Origin: Octopus bimaculoides
Lineage: Eukaryota
Direction of reading: 5' to 3'
Length of the DNA: 64,000 nucleotides
Assembly (NCBI RefSeq): GCF_001194135.2
Contig: NC_068983.1
Location: forward strand, 101,296,465 to 101,360,464
Made by a program: the position numbers and the translations under genes. Positions within the stretch are counted from its first letter, which is position 1, and each line of letters begins with the position of its first letter. The notes under the pieces are model-generated. The model did not search any database and was not told the origin of the DNA. It saw only the letters and a program-made list of their open reading frames with translations. Positions 53,200-63,958 of the stretch are shown piece after piece.

Positions 53200-54118
53200 T
53201 TAAGGAACTCTGTTGGAGATATGTGAGGAAGATGTTATGCTACGAGTGGTAGTGGAAGGGAGACCTCTCACCTGCTACCACTGTAAGAGGAGGAGACAAA
53301 TAAAAGCAAATTGTCCCCAAATCAATAACCAAATGCCAGAGGAGGAAAACCAAGACGAGAAGAATGACGACGTTAAAAACATAGAAATAACACATACAAT
53401 TGAAGAATACCAGGAAGTTCCAAGCAGGAAGAGGAAGGAGCCAAAAACTCATCTCCAAAAAAGACAAATAAAACCGGAGGAGGATATTGGACAACACACA
53501 TTACTAAACACGCAGAAAAAAACAGACAGATAGCACACCCACCTCACCTCCGCAGACACCCCAGAAAAAAACCATCACCGCAAACAATCCAGCTTTTCCC
53601 AATAGGTATACAGACATACAAATAGACACACCTAACTGACATACCTCTCTGGCCGAGCATAGAAACAAGATATATTTTATGATCTATACAAAGAGCTCGG
53701 TCATTGAGGAAAAGTTAAATAAAATTAAAAGTTATGAAAGTAAATATACCAGAAAAGGACTACCCAGAAGATATGAAACGTGTTGTTATTGACACAGAAA
53801 ACTATAGGCAATTAAAAGAAAAATTGGGGCAAAACATAGACCTACTAGGACCGGAGGTGAGATATGACACTCCACCTCCAGTGATGGAATATGAGGACTT
53901 ACAACCATATATATTATGGTGAAAGTAAGCATTTTTTTAATACTAAAAATTGATGAACAATAAAAAAAAAAGGAAAAAACAGTGGGGGTACGAGTAGCCA
54001 TTTTATCTATTTTGTAATTCATCTCATTCATCCGTTTATGTTTTATGTCCTCACGTTGTGTTGTCTGTCATTGTGCCGTCCCTTCTAAGTTAGGCCCCAG
54101 TGGCTAATAAAGAAATAT
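53200..54118 (+). mobile_element. Retroelement-like fragment with gag/ORF1-type zinc knuckle and A-rich 3' end
   Basis: VVVEGRPLTCYHCKRRRQIKANCPQ (CX2CX4HX4C with H>Q); ends GGCCCCAGTGGCTAATAAAGAAATA; no RT motifs seen. Confidence 0.5.
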
Positions 54119-54119
54119 C

Positions 54120-55250
54120 TTGTGAACGACCAAAAAAGAAAAAAAAAATTTATGACTCTGTAGATACTGCTTCACAAAAAAATTCAATTCGTTGAACATT
54201 TCCTCAATGGGATTAAACATTCGGGAATAAGGAGGTAGGTATTTGACCGTATGTTGTAGTGCAAGATCAATTTCAACGACACGTTTATGGATGCATTGTC
54301 CATTATAAGTATTAGAGGCTGTGATGTAATCGCAGCGATCTTCAGCGAACATTGATGTAAAAAGCTGTAAAATTCAGATGTTGCGATCTTCTTAAATGTT
54401 TCGAATTGGACAAGACCCGACATATCCATAGCGGCAAAATGTTTAAATTTACCCCTTGAGAAGGACGATCAGTCATTGCCTGAACTCTACGGTAAGCTCT
54501 GCCCATCGACCTTCAAAAAAAAAAAAGAAAAAAAATAGATCGTAAAAATATTTCAAAAACAAAAAAATTATCGAAGTATTTAACAAATATAATAATCATT
54601 TACTCTGAAATCCAAATGTAATTTTTTTCATCAATATATACACGACGAATGGCTAATCCATTATCTTGAAGCCATTTTGCTTAAAACATCGCTCCTATTT
54701 TGTGTTTTCGTTATTTCGTTCTTGAGGGCGAATTATTAGTTTTTTCAGAGTGTATTCAAAGTCTTCAAGATAGCGATCAATAGTTGATAATGAAACAGTC
54801 AAACCGAATTACTCTTGTAAAAGTTCTCTCATTCTTTTCAAAGTTAAAGTTGAGTCCTCATTAATCGATTCTTGGAAAAATTGTTGATGATTTTCTTTGA
54901 TTTTTCGCTGCCGGTGCCCACGTTTTTTCTCTGGAGAATAATCTTTCTGCGCAATTGTCTTGACTGTGCTGTAGTTAATATCAAGGGAGCGAGACAACGA
55001 TTTTAAATTTTCACTGTTTCTGGAAGCAGACAATATTTTTTTTTTTTTATCCTACTCAGACAGATACTTTCTTGTATGTCTTGTTTGGTATGTTAAAAAT
55101 GTTGAAACTATTATGTTTTAAATCGCACTTTAATACTAAAGGGACGAATTCATTTGAGAAAGGGACAAATTCATTTGAGAAAGGGATGAATTCATTTGAG
55201 CAAGGGACGAATTCATTTGTGAAGGGGACGATTTCAATCGAGAAATACTG
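54120..55250 (-). mobile_element. Decayed IS630/Tc1-like DD(~32-34)E transposon
   Basis: HTH-like N-terminus (SLSRSLDINYSTVKTI..KKRGHRQRKI), VYIDE, LIMDNAS, VKYLPPYSRMFNPIEEMF; 5' terminus TA|CAGTATTTCTC at 55250. The other end was not found. Confidence 0.75.
55138..55242. repeat. 21-bp subterminal tandem repeat x5 (AAAGGGACGAATTCATTTGAG)
   Basis: Read directly; units carry a few substitutions; abuts the transposon terminus. Confidence 0.9.
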
Positions 55251-55904
55251 TAGTACAAACAAGAGCTAAGTTTGTTTTAAATAAAGCGTAAAGTTTCGTT
55301 TGTGAATGAAATATCTTGACAGGTTAGAGGCATTTTCATGCAGATAATTGCTAAACAACTTATTCTTATCTTGATGTGAGTTTAGATTTCTTAGTAATCT
55401 AGAGAAAATAATGAAATTAAGATTATCTAGGCAGCTAAGTAGGGTCATAGATACATTTATTTGAAGTATAGCAGAAATGGTAAAAATATTAAGATTATCT
55501 GGACATTTCGTTTGAGATTTGTGATAAATCTTTAGTTATTAATGTGTACAATATAACAAGCGAATTCATTTTTAAAACATTTACTGCGCCTTACACCGAT
55601 AGCTACTCACCTAGTAGATTAGAGCATAGCGTGTTTGCAGCATAAGTAAAAATATGCAGAAAAATAACATATAGAAGGGCTTTACTGTTTGAGGTTATTA
55701 ATAATCTAATAGACCGTGTGATTTGACCTTGTTTTAATGATTAGTAAGACAATTTAATCCTAATTTTGATACACAATTATATAGTAAGTAAATTCGCGGA
55801 AGTAGTAAATTTCAAACCAAATTACAAAATAGAAGCTTTACTAGAGTGATGTTATTATTGCTTTAATCTGCGACAAATAAAGCGTGAAAATTATCGGTTT
55901 CTTG

Positions 55905-56195
55905 TCCATAAGTGAGAAAAAAAGCATACCTGCGTTCCCATACCTTCTTTAGATTAGTGGATAAACATTTAACACAGTCCTATAAATATAAGAAATTCAA
56001 TAGGCATAACTTAATGGTCTCGTTTAGTTGTGTGCCAAGTATAAAAAAAATATTAGTGAATTCCCTAATATTGCTCGCGTACGTTAACAGTGCGTACCCA
56101 GTGAATGGTCAGTGCAACACAGAGGTCGTAGTATACGAAACAGAAGTAGTGTTGTCCAACAACAACATCAGAGGAACACATACAAAAACATGATG
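55905..56195 (+). mobile_element. Penelope-like element fragment (RT C-terminus to GIY-YIG start, internally deleted)
   Basis: FFRLVDKHLTQSYKYKKFNRHNLMVSFSCVPSIKKIL and PVNGQCNTEVVVYETEV resemble PLE motifs (FF.L.DKHF......KIFNR....VSYSCM.N; CPL.G.C....VVY.A.V). Confidence 0.65.
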
Positions 56196-56838
56196 GGGCA
56201 ACGGATGGACCCTTTAAGGCCAGGTTAAATAATTGAAGATCCTCTTTTAGAATCTAAATGAAGCGCAACTATGTATGACGATTAAAAAAGGAAGAAATGC
56301 CGTACAAAATCATTTGTAAACTACCGGAACAGCCTGTGCTATATCTGAACGGAAGTAGATGTTGCAGGCTTTGCTTGGTTGAGAGGAGAATCTAAAAATA
56401 TTCATTCGATCTGGGTACCTTCTTGAAATCAAAAGTCAGATATTTTGTTGCTGCCCTCATGAAAGGAAATTTGTTTTAGCAGCGTGATTATCCCACTTAT
56501 CGGACTAAAGAACGAACATCATGGACACACGCATAGATAACCTCCTTCTGTCACAGCTGACTTCATGTATGAGAGGCAACTTTCTTTCTTCCAGGAAAAT
56601 GTTTTAACAGTTCATCATTTTTTTTTCCACATTTTTGTTACCATTATCACTCTAACCAAGATTGTATGTTTACCTCCAACATAAAAGAGGATGTGCGTTT
56701 TCAGCCAGAGTGTCTGTAGAGTCGTCAGTAACATTCTGAACACTTATGTGCCTTAACCAGTGATATAGTACTTGACGATATAAAAATCTAACCACTCAAT
56801 TTTTCTTTTGGCGTGCTTTTCTTCTGTTATGAACAACT

Positions 56839-56886
<48 letters not shown>

Positions 56887-57140
56887 CACACACACACGCA
56901 CACGCACACACAGAGTCATGAAATCATTTGAGGATTCGCTAAAGATCTGTCGTTTTCCACACTGTGTGTCTGCCAAGTCAGTCTAGCAATGTCAATCTAA
57001 ATTCATTAAATGATTTGAGCACTGCAAGCAAATAAAATACTTGTCAATCATAATGACTGACAAGTATTTTGTTGCTGATAACGATAAACTACTTTTCTTC
57101 AAGATATTTGTTTACAGTTAAAAATACTTTGCTGTTGAAT

Positions 57141-57411
57141 NNNNNNNNNNNNNNNNNNNNNNNNNNNNNNNNNNNNNNNNNNNNNNNNNNNNNNNNNNNN
57201 NNNNNNNNNNNNNNNNNNNNNNNNNNNNNNNNNNNNNNNNNNNNNNNNNNNNNNNNNNNNNNNNNNNNNNNNNNNNNNNNNNNNNNNNNNNNNNNNNNNN
57301 NNNNNNNNNNNNNNNNNNNNNNNNNNNNNNNNNNNNNNNNNNNNNNNNNNNNNNNNNNNNNNNNNNNNNNNNNNNNNNNNNNNNNNNNNNNNNNNNNNNN
57401 NNNNNNNNNNN
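57141..57411. other. Assembly gap
   Basis: N run. Confidence 1.
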
Positions 57412-57760
57412 NTCTCTCTCTCTCTCTCTGAAGCCGAACATTACAACCTGATGCTATTTTCTTTCTAGAGAGATTGAGAGTTGTGTGCCTTTGGTATCTA
57501 CTGCTGATGCGATTCGAAGTCACAAAACTTCTTACGCTTTGATATAGAATTGTAATTGTTATAAAATTGTAATTAAAACCCAACACTTTGAGCATATTTT
57601 AGAGTCAGAAGATGTACAGCAGTTAATGGCAGAATCGGTAGAGAGCGGAACCAATCGCCTTCACTATTAAGTTGCTTTACGGAAAATATTCTTAATTAGT
57701 TAAAATTTCCATTTTAGTTGGAGAAAGAAAAATCTTACTCTTATATGCTGGCAAGGGTGA

Positions 57761-57803
57761 ACTGTGGACATGTTTCGGTATAATTAGACCTCATCAGCAT
57801 AGT
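57761..57803 (-). ncRNA. Minimal type I hammerhead ribozyme motif
   Basis: Minus strand reads ACUAUG-CUGAUGA-GGU-CUAAUUAU-ACC-GAA-ACAUGU-C-CACAGU: complete core, 6-bp stem I with one A-C mismatch, palindromic stem III, GUC triplet. Confidence 0.78.
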
Positions 57804-58594
57804 ATAGACCACTTAAACTTGCTAGATCAGCATAAAAAGATTTTTTTTCACAATACAGAAAGAGGTCCGAATAAATTTTGGTCATTGCAATTTATTCAAA
57901 TTATACCGACCAAAAACTTTAATGTATTTATGTATGTATATTCTAGTATGACCTTAAACTGCATCTGAAAGTAGAGCCCTGGTTCAGTAGTTCCAGGGCT
58001 TTGAGAAGTGTGGAAACACTTCTTAGATATTATTTATTCCCCGGTCTACTCTAATCCGGAGTAGTAGAACTTTTCAGGGCCCCAGTGCTATGGGCTAACT
58101 AACATATCGACAACTTGGAATGACAGACCCATTCTTCTTAGAACTTCGTTCTAGGAGAACTCGTATAAAAATACCTGGAATGCAAATGATTTCTGATCGT
58201 TTCAACATTTATTGTGCCATTGATGTTATATCTGTTTCCACTGAAAAGTGGATTCAGTGCTGTGCAACACATTACTCGCTCAAAACAAATTCACGCACAA
58301 GAACTTCTTGGACATTTGATTCTAAGAAGTGATCTTACTCGGTCACAAGTTTACCTCCACCACATATGTGTGGGGGTATACGTACGTACGTATGTATGTA
58401 TGTATGTATGTATGTATGTATGTATGTATGTATGTATGCATACATGCATGTATGTATGTATGTATGTATGTATGCTGGACTGGTTTGCAGCGGGAGAGGC
58501 TGATTTTTATGGCCCGTTTAGTCACCATGGATAAAGCTTAACCTCATCATTATGGTCTCCAAACCAAGCAGCAATCAGTGGAGTTGCTCTATAT

Positions 58595-58782
58595 CAGGGG
58601 TTTTCAAACTTTTTGACTTGCGGACCCCTTTATATTTCAGGCTTTACCTTAGGGACCCCCTTATAAACGCTTATGAAACTTATACATAAATATTTGCTTA
58701 AAATAACATATATTTTTACATTTATTTATTTAACAGTATTTAACAAATAGGTTTATTGTCAATTAAAAGATTACGATTAAAA
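58595..58782 (+). mobile_element. Left part of a hAT-type MITE, truncated by a gap
   Basis: Starts CAGGGGTTTTCAAACT..GCGGACCCC. Confidence 0.55.
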
Positions 58783-59093
58783 NNNNNNNNNNNNNNNNNN
58801 NNNNNNNNNNNNNNNNNNNNNNNNNNNNNNNNNNNNNNNNNNNNNNNNNNNNNNNNNNNNNNNNNNNNNNNNNNNNNNNNNNNNNNNNNNNNNNNNNNNN
58901 NNNNNNNNNNNNNNNNNNNNNNNNNNNNNNNNNNNNNNNNNNNNNNNNNNNNNNNNNNNNNNNNNNNNNNNNNNNNNNNNNNNNNNNNNNNNNNNNNNNN
59001 NNNNNNNNNNNNNNNNNNNNNNNNNNNNNNNNNNNNNNNNNNNNNNNNNNNNNNNNNNNNNNNNNNNNNNNNNNNNNNNNNNNNNNNNNNNNN
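58783..59093. other. Assembly gap
   Basis: N run. Confidence 1.
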
Positions 59094-59545
59094 AACGCAG
59101 AATACTACATATCTTTGTCGGACGAACTGCTCAAAGCTTTGAAGCAGAAACGTCGTGGAAAGCTGAGCCGTGGTGTCCCGTTTTTGCAGGACAATGCACC
59201 AGCACACACAGCACAAGAAACACTGCGAAAAATACGCAAGTTTGGCCTCGAATTGGTAGACCACTCACCTTACTCTCCTGACGTGGCCCCCTTCGACTAT
59301 CACCTCTTTCACAACTTAAGAAACATCTCAAGGGAACGAAATTTCACTCCGATTCGGAAGTGATCGCTGCTACAGAGGCCTAGTTGGAAGCCCAACCTTC
59401 CAAGTTCTTTTTACATGGCTTAGAAAAATTGAAGTGCCACTGCAATAAGTGTGTGAATCTGAAAGGGGTTTATGTTGCATAAAATCATAATTGATTCTCC
59501 TGTATTTCCTTTTGCTCAAAGCTAGGAACTTTTCAGCACCCCTCG
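59094..59545 (+). mobile_element. Mariner 3' half with terminal TIR
   Basis: FLQDNAPAHT...HSPYSPDVAPFDYHLF; ends AGGAACTTTTCAGCACCCCTCG-TA. Confidence 0.88.
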
Positions 59546-59613
59546 TATGCAATTGGAGCAGTGTTAGATTAACGTTGCTGTCTATGTATGTATCATACAT
59601 AATGTACATACAT

Positions 59614-59758
59614 CAGTCAAAGGCAACCTGCGGCCCGCAGGCCTTTCTGAATCTCTCACCTAACGAAAAATTACCTTAATTTTTTTGTGTGTTGCGTCCC
59701 GCTTGATGCTGACCCATGTCTCATGCGGCTCGCTTCTCGAAAACGTTGCCCATGCCTG
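59614..59758. mobile_element. hAT-type MITE
   Basis: Left CAGTCAAAGGCAACCTGCGGCCCGC, right GTTGCCCATGCCTG; TSD not clear. Confidence 0.5.
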
Positions 59759-60342
59759 ATACACACCGTTAGTAGGTCAGTTACTGTGGATATTGACCCT
59801 GAGATAACGTCACTAATTCTCATTCAGACACGTAGCTGGCTGCGAATATACGTCATCGAAAAGGCACCCAAAGGCCGAAATGCCACTGGCGTTCTCACTG
59901 GGCCCTCCGATATTTATTTATTGCTTTTAACACAGTACGTCCATAAGGGATGTTATCTCAGAACGCACCCCACAGTAATGTGTCTATCACTGGTGTATAT
60001 ACATTAAATATGATACATAATCAAAGGTATAAAAACGACATACTCCGAGAGATTTCAAAGTGTAGCGCAATCCAATTGTAGAGTAATTCGGTGTTGGGAA
60101 ATTCAAGAATTAGGTACTCCAAATCATCGTCGGAAATAAGTAAATTGAAAATAAAAATAAAGCAAAAGTTAAAATGACGCACAAAATGAATGTTTTAGGT
60201 TGATGTTCAGTTTAAGATGGCAAAAAGACGGGTGTATTTCGAGCATGGCTCTTTACAGAAAGAGAAGAGAGAAAGGGTGCCGAGAGAAAGAAAAAGAATA
60301 GTCCAAGAAAGGTGCTGTTTTTTCCTTCTCTCCGGATGTTTC

Positions 60343-60906
60343 CGGCGGAATTCTGGTTTAAGCGCCCCATATAACCCCTCATAACTTTTTTATTTTCTGG
60401 AATTTTCAGAAAATTTTTGCGAATTTGTTTTACACGCATGAATTCATACGGTTATGCAAAAGAAATATTTTGTATGTGATTTAAGGGTGATTTAGCTGGT
60501 GTTTTCAGCACACCGCACGACCAGCGGATACCTTCCTCGTTTCTTTGTCATATGACGTACAAAGTGAATGTGTTAGGTCTTTCAATATTTTCTCCCCATA
60601 AACACATTTAATGAAATGATGATGCACCCAAGGACGGTCCATTGCTGGGATTTAAACATAAAAGTACGGGCTGTCCGTATTTTAAACACTGAATTTTTAA
60701 AAAATCGAAAATGGGTGGAAATTTTAGGATATATGGGGTGGGGAGGGGGTTAAAAAATTAAGAATATTTCTTTTTTTTTTTTTTTTTTTCATAATCGTAT
60801 GAATTCCCGTAAGTAGAAAACAAATTCGCAAAAATGTTCTGAAAATTCGAAAAGCTAAAAGAGTTATGAGGGGGTTATATGAGGTGCTTAAACCCGAATT
60901 CTGCTG
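60343..60906. mobile_element. Fold-back element/MITE with ~130-bp inverted arms
   Basis: 60343-60475 is the reverse complement of about 60770-60906 (GAATTC.GGTTTAAGC.CC.CATATAACCCC.TCATAAC...GAATTCATACG.TTATG). Confidence 0.75.
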
Positions 60907-61515
60907 ATAAAAGATTTAATTTTGAAAAGATTTGATTTTGAAACATTCAATTTTATATCCGTTAAAAATGTGTTTGACCGATATAACAATATATAATATA
61001 GCATGGCGTGTGCGTGCATGTGTGTATATGTGTGTGTGAGCGTGTGTGTGTGCGTGTATTGTGCGCGCGTGTGTGTGTGTATGCTCCTCACCCTCACTCG
61101 CTTGTGCGCTTTGTGCGTGTTTATATGCGCGTAAATGTCAATAGCACACAAACACACAAGTGATAATGACTACAAGAATAGACGATGAGTCACAAGGAGT
61201 TTTAGGCGATTTAATCTGTAACATTTTGATCCTTGGCCAACAAATACTATTTCTACTCCATTGGCGGATTTTTTTACTGTTCTCTTTCTTTCTTCTTTCT
61301 TTCTTTCTTTCTTTCTTTCTTATTATTGTTGTATTTTATTTCATTTTATATAAACCGAGCTGTCGTGTAATTATTGTTGAAACAGATTTCTGTTCGCGTT
61401 TAACCTATTGAGATGCCTGGATAAATTGTTAAACAGTGAAGAGCGAATAATAAAGCACTCTATTCCTTTAGTCAATAAATATTTTTGTCTTACATCTAGA
61501 AAAAGGAATAATTCA

Positions 61516-61745
61516 TTTTATTCTTTTATTCTTTTACTTGTTTCAGTTATTTGACTGTGGCCATACTGGAGCACTGCCTTAAAGGGGTTTTTTAGTCGAT
61601 CAAATCGACCCTAGGACTTATTCTTTGTAAGCCTAGTACTTACTCTATCGGTCACTTTTGCCGAACCGCTAAGTTACGAGGATGTAAATACACCAACATC
61701 GGTCGTCAAGCAATGGCGGGGTGGGACAAACACTAACACAAAAAC
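61516..61745 (-). mobile_element. SINE family C tail, relatively young (CpG retained)
   Basis: TTACTTGTTTCAG..GTGGCCATACTGGAGCAC...GCCGAACCGCTAAGTTACG. Confidence 0.78.
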
Positions 61746-61972
61746 ACACAAATAAGTAAATATATATATAGGGGAGAATTTACGAAAAAAACAACAGACG
61801 AAGACAAGTGGTGTAAACAACAAATGGATGTATTAGTATAACGCTCGGGAAGAGAGAAAGTCTTTAACGTTTCGAGCCTACGCTCCTCAACTGAAGGAAC
61901 ACAGAAAGAAACAAGGAGAGAGAAAAAATATAAGTGTAGTGGTCAGCGATCTATCATGACGAATGCCGAACA

Positions 61973-62010
<38 letters not shown>

Positions 62011-62161
62011 TTATAAACATAATTAAGGGATCAGCAAATATTTGCTTCACCATATACCGAAGTTCAGAAATAGCAGCTAAAAAAGCTGAGACTCCAACAG
62101 ATAGCATTACTTGTAACTCACAAAGGCAAAAACAATGAAAACTAACCATTACGAAGTTAAT

Positions 62162-62217
62162 CGTAGACGCGTTTCTGGATTATGAGTGATAAATACTCAA
62201 TTTCCTTCATCAATACG
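62162..62217 (-). ncRNA. Hammerhead-like motif with C3U variant, abutting an N gap
   Basis: Minus strand reads CGUA-UUGAUGA-AGGA-(UGAGU/ACUCA hairpin)-UCC-A-GAA-ACGCGU-C-UACG; stem I CGUA/UACG, palindromic ACGCGU. Confidence 0.55.
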
Positions 62218-62813
62218 NNNNNNNNNNNNNNNNNNNNNNNNNNNNNNNNNNNNNNNNNNNNNNNNNNNNNNNNNNNNNNNNNNNNNNNNNNNNNNNNNNN
62301 NNNNNNNNNNNNNNNNNNNNNNNNNNNNNNNNNNNNNNNNNNNNNNNNNNNNNNNNNNNNNNNNNNNNNNNNNNNNNNNNNNNNNNNNNNNNNNNNNNNN
62401 NNNNNNNNNNNNNNNNNNNNNNNNNNNNNNNNNNNNNNNNNNNNNNNNNNNNNNNNNNNNNNNNNNNNNNNNNNNNNNNNNNNNNNNNNNNNNNNNNNNN
62501 NNNNNNNNNNNNNNNNNNNNNNNNNNNNNNNNNNNNNNNNNNNNNNNNNNNNNNNNNNNNNNNNNNNNNNNNNNNNNNNNNNNNNNNNNNNNNNNNNNNN
62601 NNNNNNNNNNNNNNNNNNNNNNNNNNNNNNNNNNNNNNNNNNNNNNNNNNNNNNNNNNNNNNNNNNNNNNNNNNNNNNNNNNNNNNNNNNNNNNNNNNNN
62701 NNNNNNNNNNNNNNNNNNNNNNNNNNNNNNNNNNNNNNNNNNNNNNNNNNNNNNNNNNNNNNNNNNNNNNNNNNNNNNNNNNNNNNNNNNNNNNNNNNNN
62801 NNNNNNNNNNNNN
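62218..62813. other. Assembly gap
   Basis: N run. Confidence 1.
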
Positions 62814-63575
62814 CAAGGTTCTAAGGCCACAAAAGCTGCTGGCGACATTTGTGCTGTGTATGGAGAGAGTGCCTTAGCTGAAAGAACCGCTCGTGATTGG
62901 TATGCCAAGTTCAAAGATGGAAATTTTGACCTCAAAAACGCATCTCGTTTTGGCTGTCCTGTTGAGTTCGATGAAGAGCGAATAAACCAACTTTTGCACG
63001 AAAATTCTCGTCAAACGACAAAGGAGCTGGCAGAGAAAATGGAATGCTCCCACACTGCTATAGAGAAGCATTTTCACTCGATGGGAAAGGTTCAGAAGTT
63101 TGGAGCATGAGTTCCACATACTTTAAGTGACAACGACAAAAATCAACGAGCCACAATCTCTGCTGGTTTGCTTGCTCGTTACCGCTCAACTCATGGACAC
63201 CGTGCGTGAAACAAGATCTTCATCCGCGTAAAACTATGTTGTGCGTATGGTGGGACTGGGAAGGGATTATCTATTACGAATTGCTTGAACGGAACCAAAC
63301 GGTCAACGCGGAGCTCTATGTTCAACGGATGGAACGACTCAACACGGCTATTCAAGTGAAAAGACCTAATCGGCAGCATGGAGTTCTTCTGCTGCACGGC
63401 AACGCCCGCCCTCATATCGCCAATATGACCAAGGAAGCCATTCAAACGCATGGCTGGGAAATGCTGCCACACCGGCTGTACTCTCCTGATTTGGCACCAA
63501 CGGATTTCCACCTCTTTCGATCTCGTTCAAATGCTATGCGCGGTGTTTCGTTCAATACTGATGCAGAATTGAGAG
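62814..63575 (+). mobile_element. Mariner transposase pseudogene with internal deletion
   Basis: YGESALAERTARDWYAKFKDGNFDL; KFGA*VPHTL; LHPRKTMLCVWWDWEGIIYYELL; LLHGNARPH; PHRLYSPDLAPTDFHLFRS. Confidence 0.9.
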
Positions 63576-63730
63576 NNNNNNNNNNTAGCAAAAAGGTTAG
63601 ATATGTGTAAATATTGACAAATAATTACGAAATTTATAATTTTTAAGTCATCTCATATGAGATCACTGGTAGGTAATGGGTTGAGTTTTCAAGCAGGAGA
63701 GATAAGCACTTCGACCCAACAAAGCCGCAT

Positions 63731-63771
63731 CCAGAGACTAGTTTCAGGGTAATTGTCCTTCATCAGTCTGG
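63731..63771 (-). ncRNA. Minimal type I hammerhead ribozyme motif (Penelope-like element type)
   Basis: Minus strand reads CCAGA-CUGAUGA-AGG-ACAAUUAC-CCU-GAA-ACUAGU-C-UCUGG: complete core, 5-bp stem I, palindromic stem III, GUC cleavage triplet. Confidence 0.8.
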
Positions 63772-63890
63772 GGTAGCTTGTGCCGCGCAGCCAACTAGAA
63801 ACGGTGTTTCTTGGGGCTAAATAGCAGTAGCATTCTTCCCTTTCCTGGGACTGCCACATTAAGTTGGCAACAAGCCATCACTTTATATAT

Positions 63891-63891
63891 G

Positions 63892-63942
<51 letters not shown>

Positions 63943-63958
63943 GTCTATCTATCAATCA

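Noticed and set aside
58120-58332. ORF beginning MTDPFF as the missing MLF first exon
   Set aside because: It lies 20 kb downstream of the MLF stop on the same strand, begins within repeat sequence and has no suitable donor.
58214-58370. Possible hAT dimerisation-domain relic (LFPLKSGFSAV)
   Set aside because: Similarity is limited to a few residues, too weak without a profile search.
57069-62935. Long ORFs in the track made of X runs, and VC/YI/HT-repeat ORFs elsewhere
   Set aside because: Artefacts of N gaps and of (CA)n, (TA)n and (TACA)n microsatellites.
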